64,000 nt of DNA from a virus (Duplodnaviria; Caudoviricetes): positions 5,971-69,970 of IMG/VR virus record IMGVR_UViG_2585427590_000001; one strand, 5' to 3'. Positions within the stretch are counted from its first letter, which is position 1; the number at the start of each line of letters is the position of its first letter. The notes below the pieces were generated by a model. It ran no database searches. It saw only the letters and a program-made list of their open reading frames with translations, and was not told where the DNA came from. Position numbers and translations under genes: made by a program. Positions 62,669 through 64,000 of the stretch are shown piece after piece.

Positions 62669-64000
62669 TCAGGGACTTGCAAAAAATCTGTTGGTGGGTC
62701 GAGGAAGGCCAAGGTGCTCACGCAGTGTCGTGCCCTCGTAATCCTGCCTGAAAATCCCTCGCCGCTGCAGCTCGGGTACGAGCCGATCGACGACATCGCA
62801 GAGACCTTGGGGAAGATAAGGGAAGACGACATTGAAACCGTCGCTACCGCGCTCCACCAGCCATTTCGTCATCTGGTCGGCAATCGTTTCGGGCGTTCCT
62901 ACGAACGCAAGGCCGGAGTAGCCGCCATAGCGCTGCGCGAGCTGGCGAACCGTCAACTGTTCTTCTCGGGCAAGCTTCAGCACCTGCGCGCGGCCAGTCT
63001 TGCTGGCATTCGTCTCCGCTATATCAGGCAGCGGCCGATCCGGATCGAAGCCCGAAGCATCGTGACCAAGAGCGATCGAGAGCGAGGCGATGGCGCTGTC
63101 ATAGTGAACGAGGCTATCGAGACGCGCCCGCTTCGCGCGCGCCTCCTCAACGCTGTCGCCGATAACGATGAAGGCGGCCGGCAGAATCTTGAGGGTGTGA
63201 GGATCCCGGCCGATCGCGGTCATGCGCCCCTTGATATCGGCATAGAGAGCCTGCGCGGCCGGTAGGTCGCGCGGCGAACAGAAGACGACTTCTGCTGTCT
63301 CGGCGGCAAGCTGGCGGCCCGGCTCGGACTGCCCCGCCTGCACGATCACCGGCCATCCCTGCGGCGGGCGGGCGATGTTGAGCGGGCCGCGCACGCTAAG
63401 CTCCTCGCCCTTGTGATTGAGGACATGCATTCTGGCTGGATCGAAGAACTGGCCACTTTCCACATCGCGCGTAAAAGCGTCGTCGGCGAAACTGTCCCAG
63501 AGGCCAGTGACGACGTCGTAGAATTCGCGGGCGCGGTGATAGCGCTCGCCATGCTCGACATGTTCCTCGAGGCCGAAATTCAGCGCGGCATCGGGATTGG
63601 CCGTCGTTACGATGTTCCAGCCCGCCCGCCCGGCGCTGATATGGTCGAGAGAGGCGAAGCGGCGAGCAACGTGATAGGGCTCGTCGAAGGTCGTCGAGGC
63701 CGTCGCAATGAGGCCAATCCGGTCAGTGACGGCGGCAAGCGCCGACAGCAGCGTGAACGGCTCGAAGGAGGTTACCGTCTGGCTTCTCTTCAGAGCCTCC
63801 ACGGGCATGTTGAGCACGGCCAGGTGGTCAGCCATGAAGAAGGCGTCGAATTTCGCCGCCTCCAGCTTTTGCGCAAGCTCCTTCAAGTGCTTGAAGTTGA
63901 AGTTCGCGTCTGGATAGGCGCCGGGGTAGCGCCAGGCCCCTGTATGCAGGCTGACAGGGCGCATGAAGGCGCCGAGGTGCAATTGCCGCTCCTGTGCCAT
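62669..64000 (-). CDS. NtaA/DmoA-family FMN-dependent (LLM class) monooxygenase, host gene
   Basis: AKFDAFFMAD, TASTTF.EPY..AR.FASLDH.S.GRAGWNIVT, PVIVQAG.S, VPELQRRG.F...Y.G.TLRE.LGL. Confidence 0.95.
   Translation of the reverse strand: MAQERQLHLGAFMRPVSLHTGAWRYPGAYPDANFNFKHLKELAQKLEAAKFDAFFMADHLAVLNMPVEALKRSQTVTSFEPFTLLSALAAVTDRIGLIATASTTFDEPYHVARRFASLDHISAGRAGWNIVTTANPDAALNFGLEEHVEHGERYHRAREFYDVVTGLWDSFADDAFTRDVESGQFFDPARMHVLNHKGEELSVRGPLNIARPPQGWPVIVQAGQSEPGRQLAAETAEVVFCSPRDLPAAQALYADIKGRMTAIGRDPHTLKILPAAFIVIGDSVEEARAKRARLDSLVHYDSAIASLSIALGHDASGFDPDRPLPDIAETNASKTGRAQVLKLAREEQLTVRQLAQRYGGYSGLAFVGTPETIADQMTKWLVERGSDGFNVVFPYLPQGLCDVVDRLVPELQRRGIFRQDYEGTTLREHLGLPRPTNRFFASP

Noticed and set aside
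1-64000. CRISPR array, DGR, retron or IS element
   Set aside because: No regularly spaced repeats, cas genes, reverse transcriptase motif or transposase were seen

Overview
Positions 1 to about 57071 are the right-hand part of an integrated temperate podovirus-like prophage. Its gene content resembles Bcep22/F116-type phages, and the host looks like a Rhizobiaceae alphaproteobacterium. The virion, tail and ejection genes run on the + strand (1-10154). They converge on a - strand block of terminase, portal, scaffold, a csrA-like gene, tRNA-Met, morons, an SGNH hydrolase and a ~5000-aa DarB-like polyvalent protein. To the right lie a cro/cI switch with GTTG-N9-CAAC operators, an early operon (MTase, DUF5131, AlpA, DpdA/TGT-like) and a probable att site that matches a tRNA-Ser 3' end. 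Major capsid, integrase and endolysin were not recognised in the window. Beyond att is a decayed accessory region and a host NtaA/DmoA-family monooxygenase. The most unusual signals are in and around the giant gene. (1) Two protein-like ORFs are nested in its +1 frame and fill inter-domain linkers next to putative effector domains. (2) An antisense sigma70-like promoter sits in front of a tRNA-sized, CCA-ending structured RNA at the end of its putative BECR nuclease domain. (3) An unannotated CsrA-like protein co-occurs with a repeated GCGCA-NGAG-TGC leader hairpin in front of late genes. All family assignments come from motif recognition by eye; no database searches were run.
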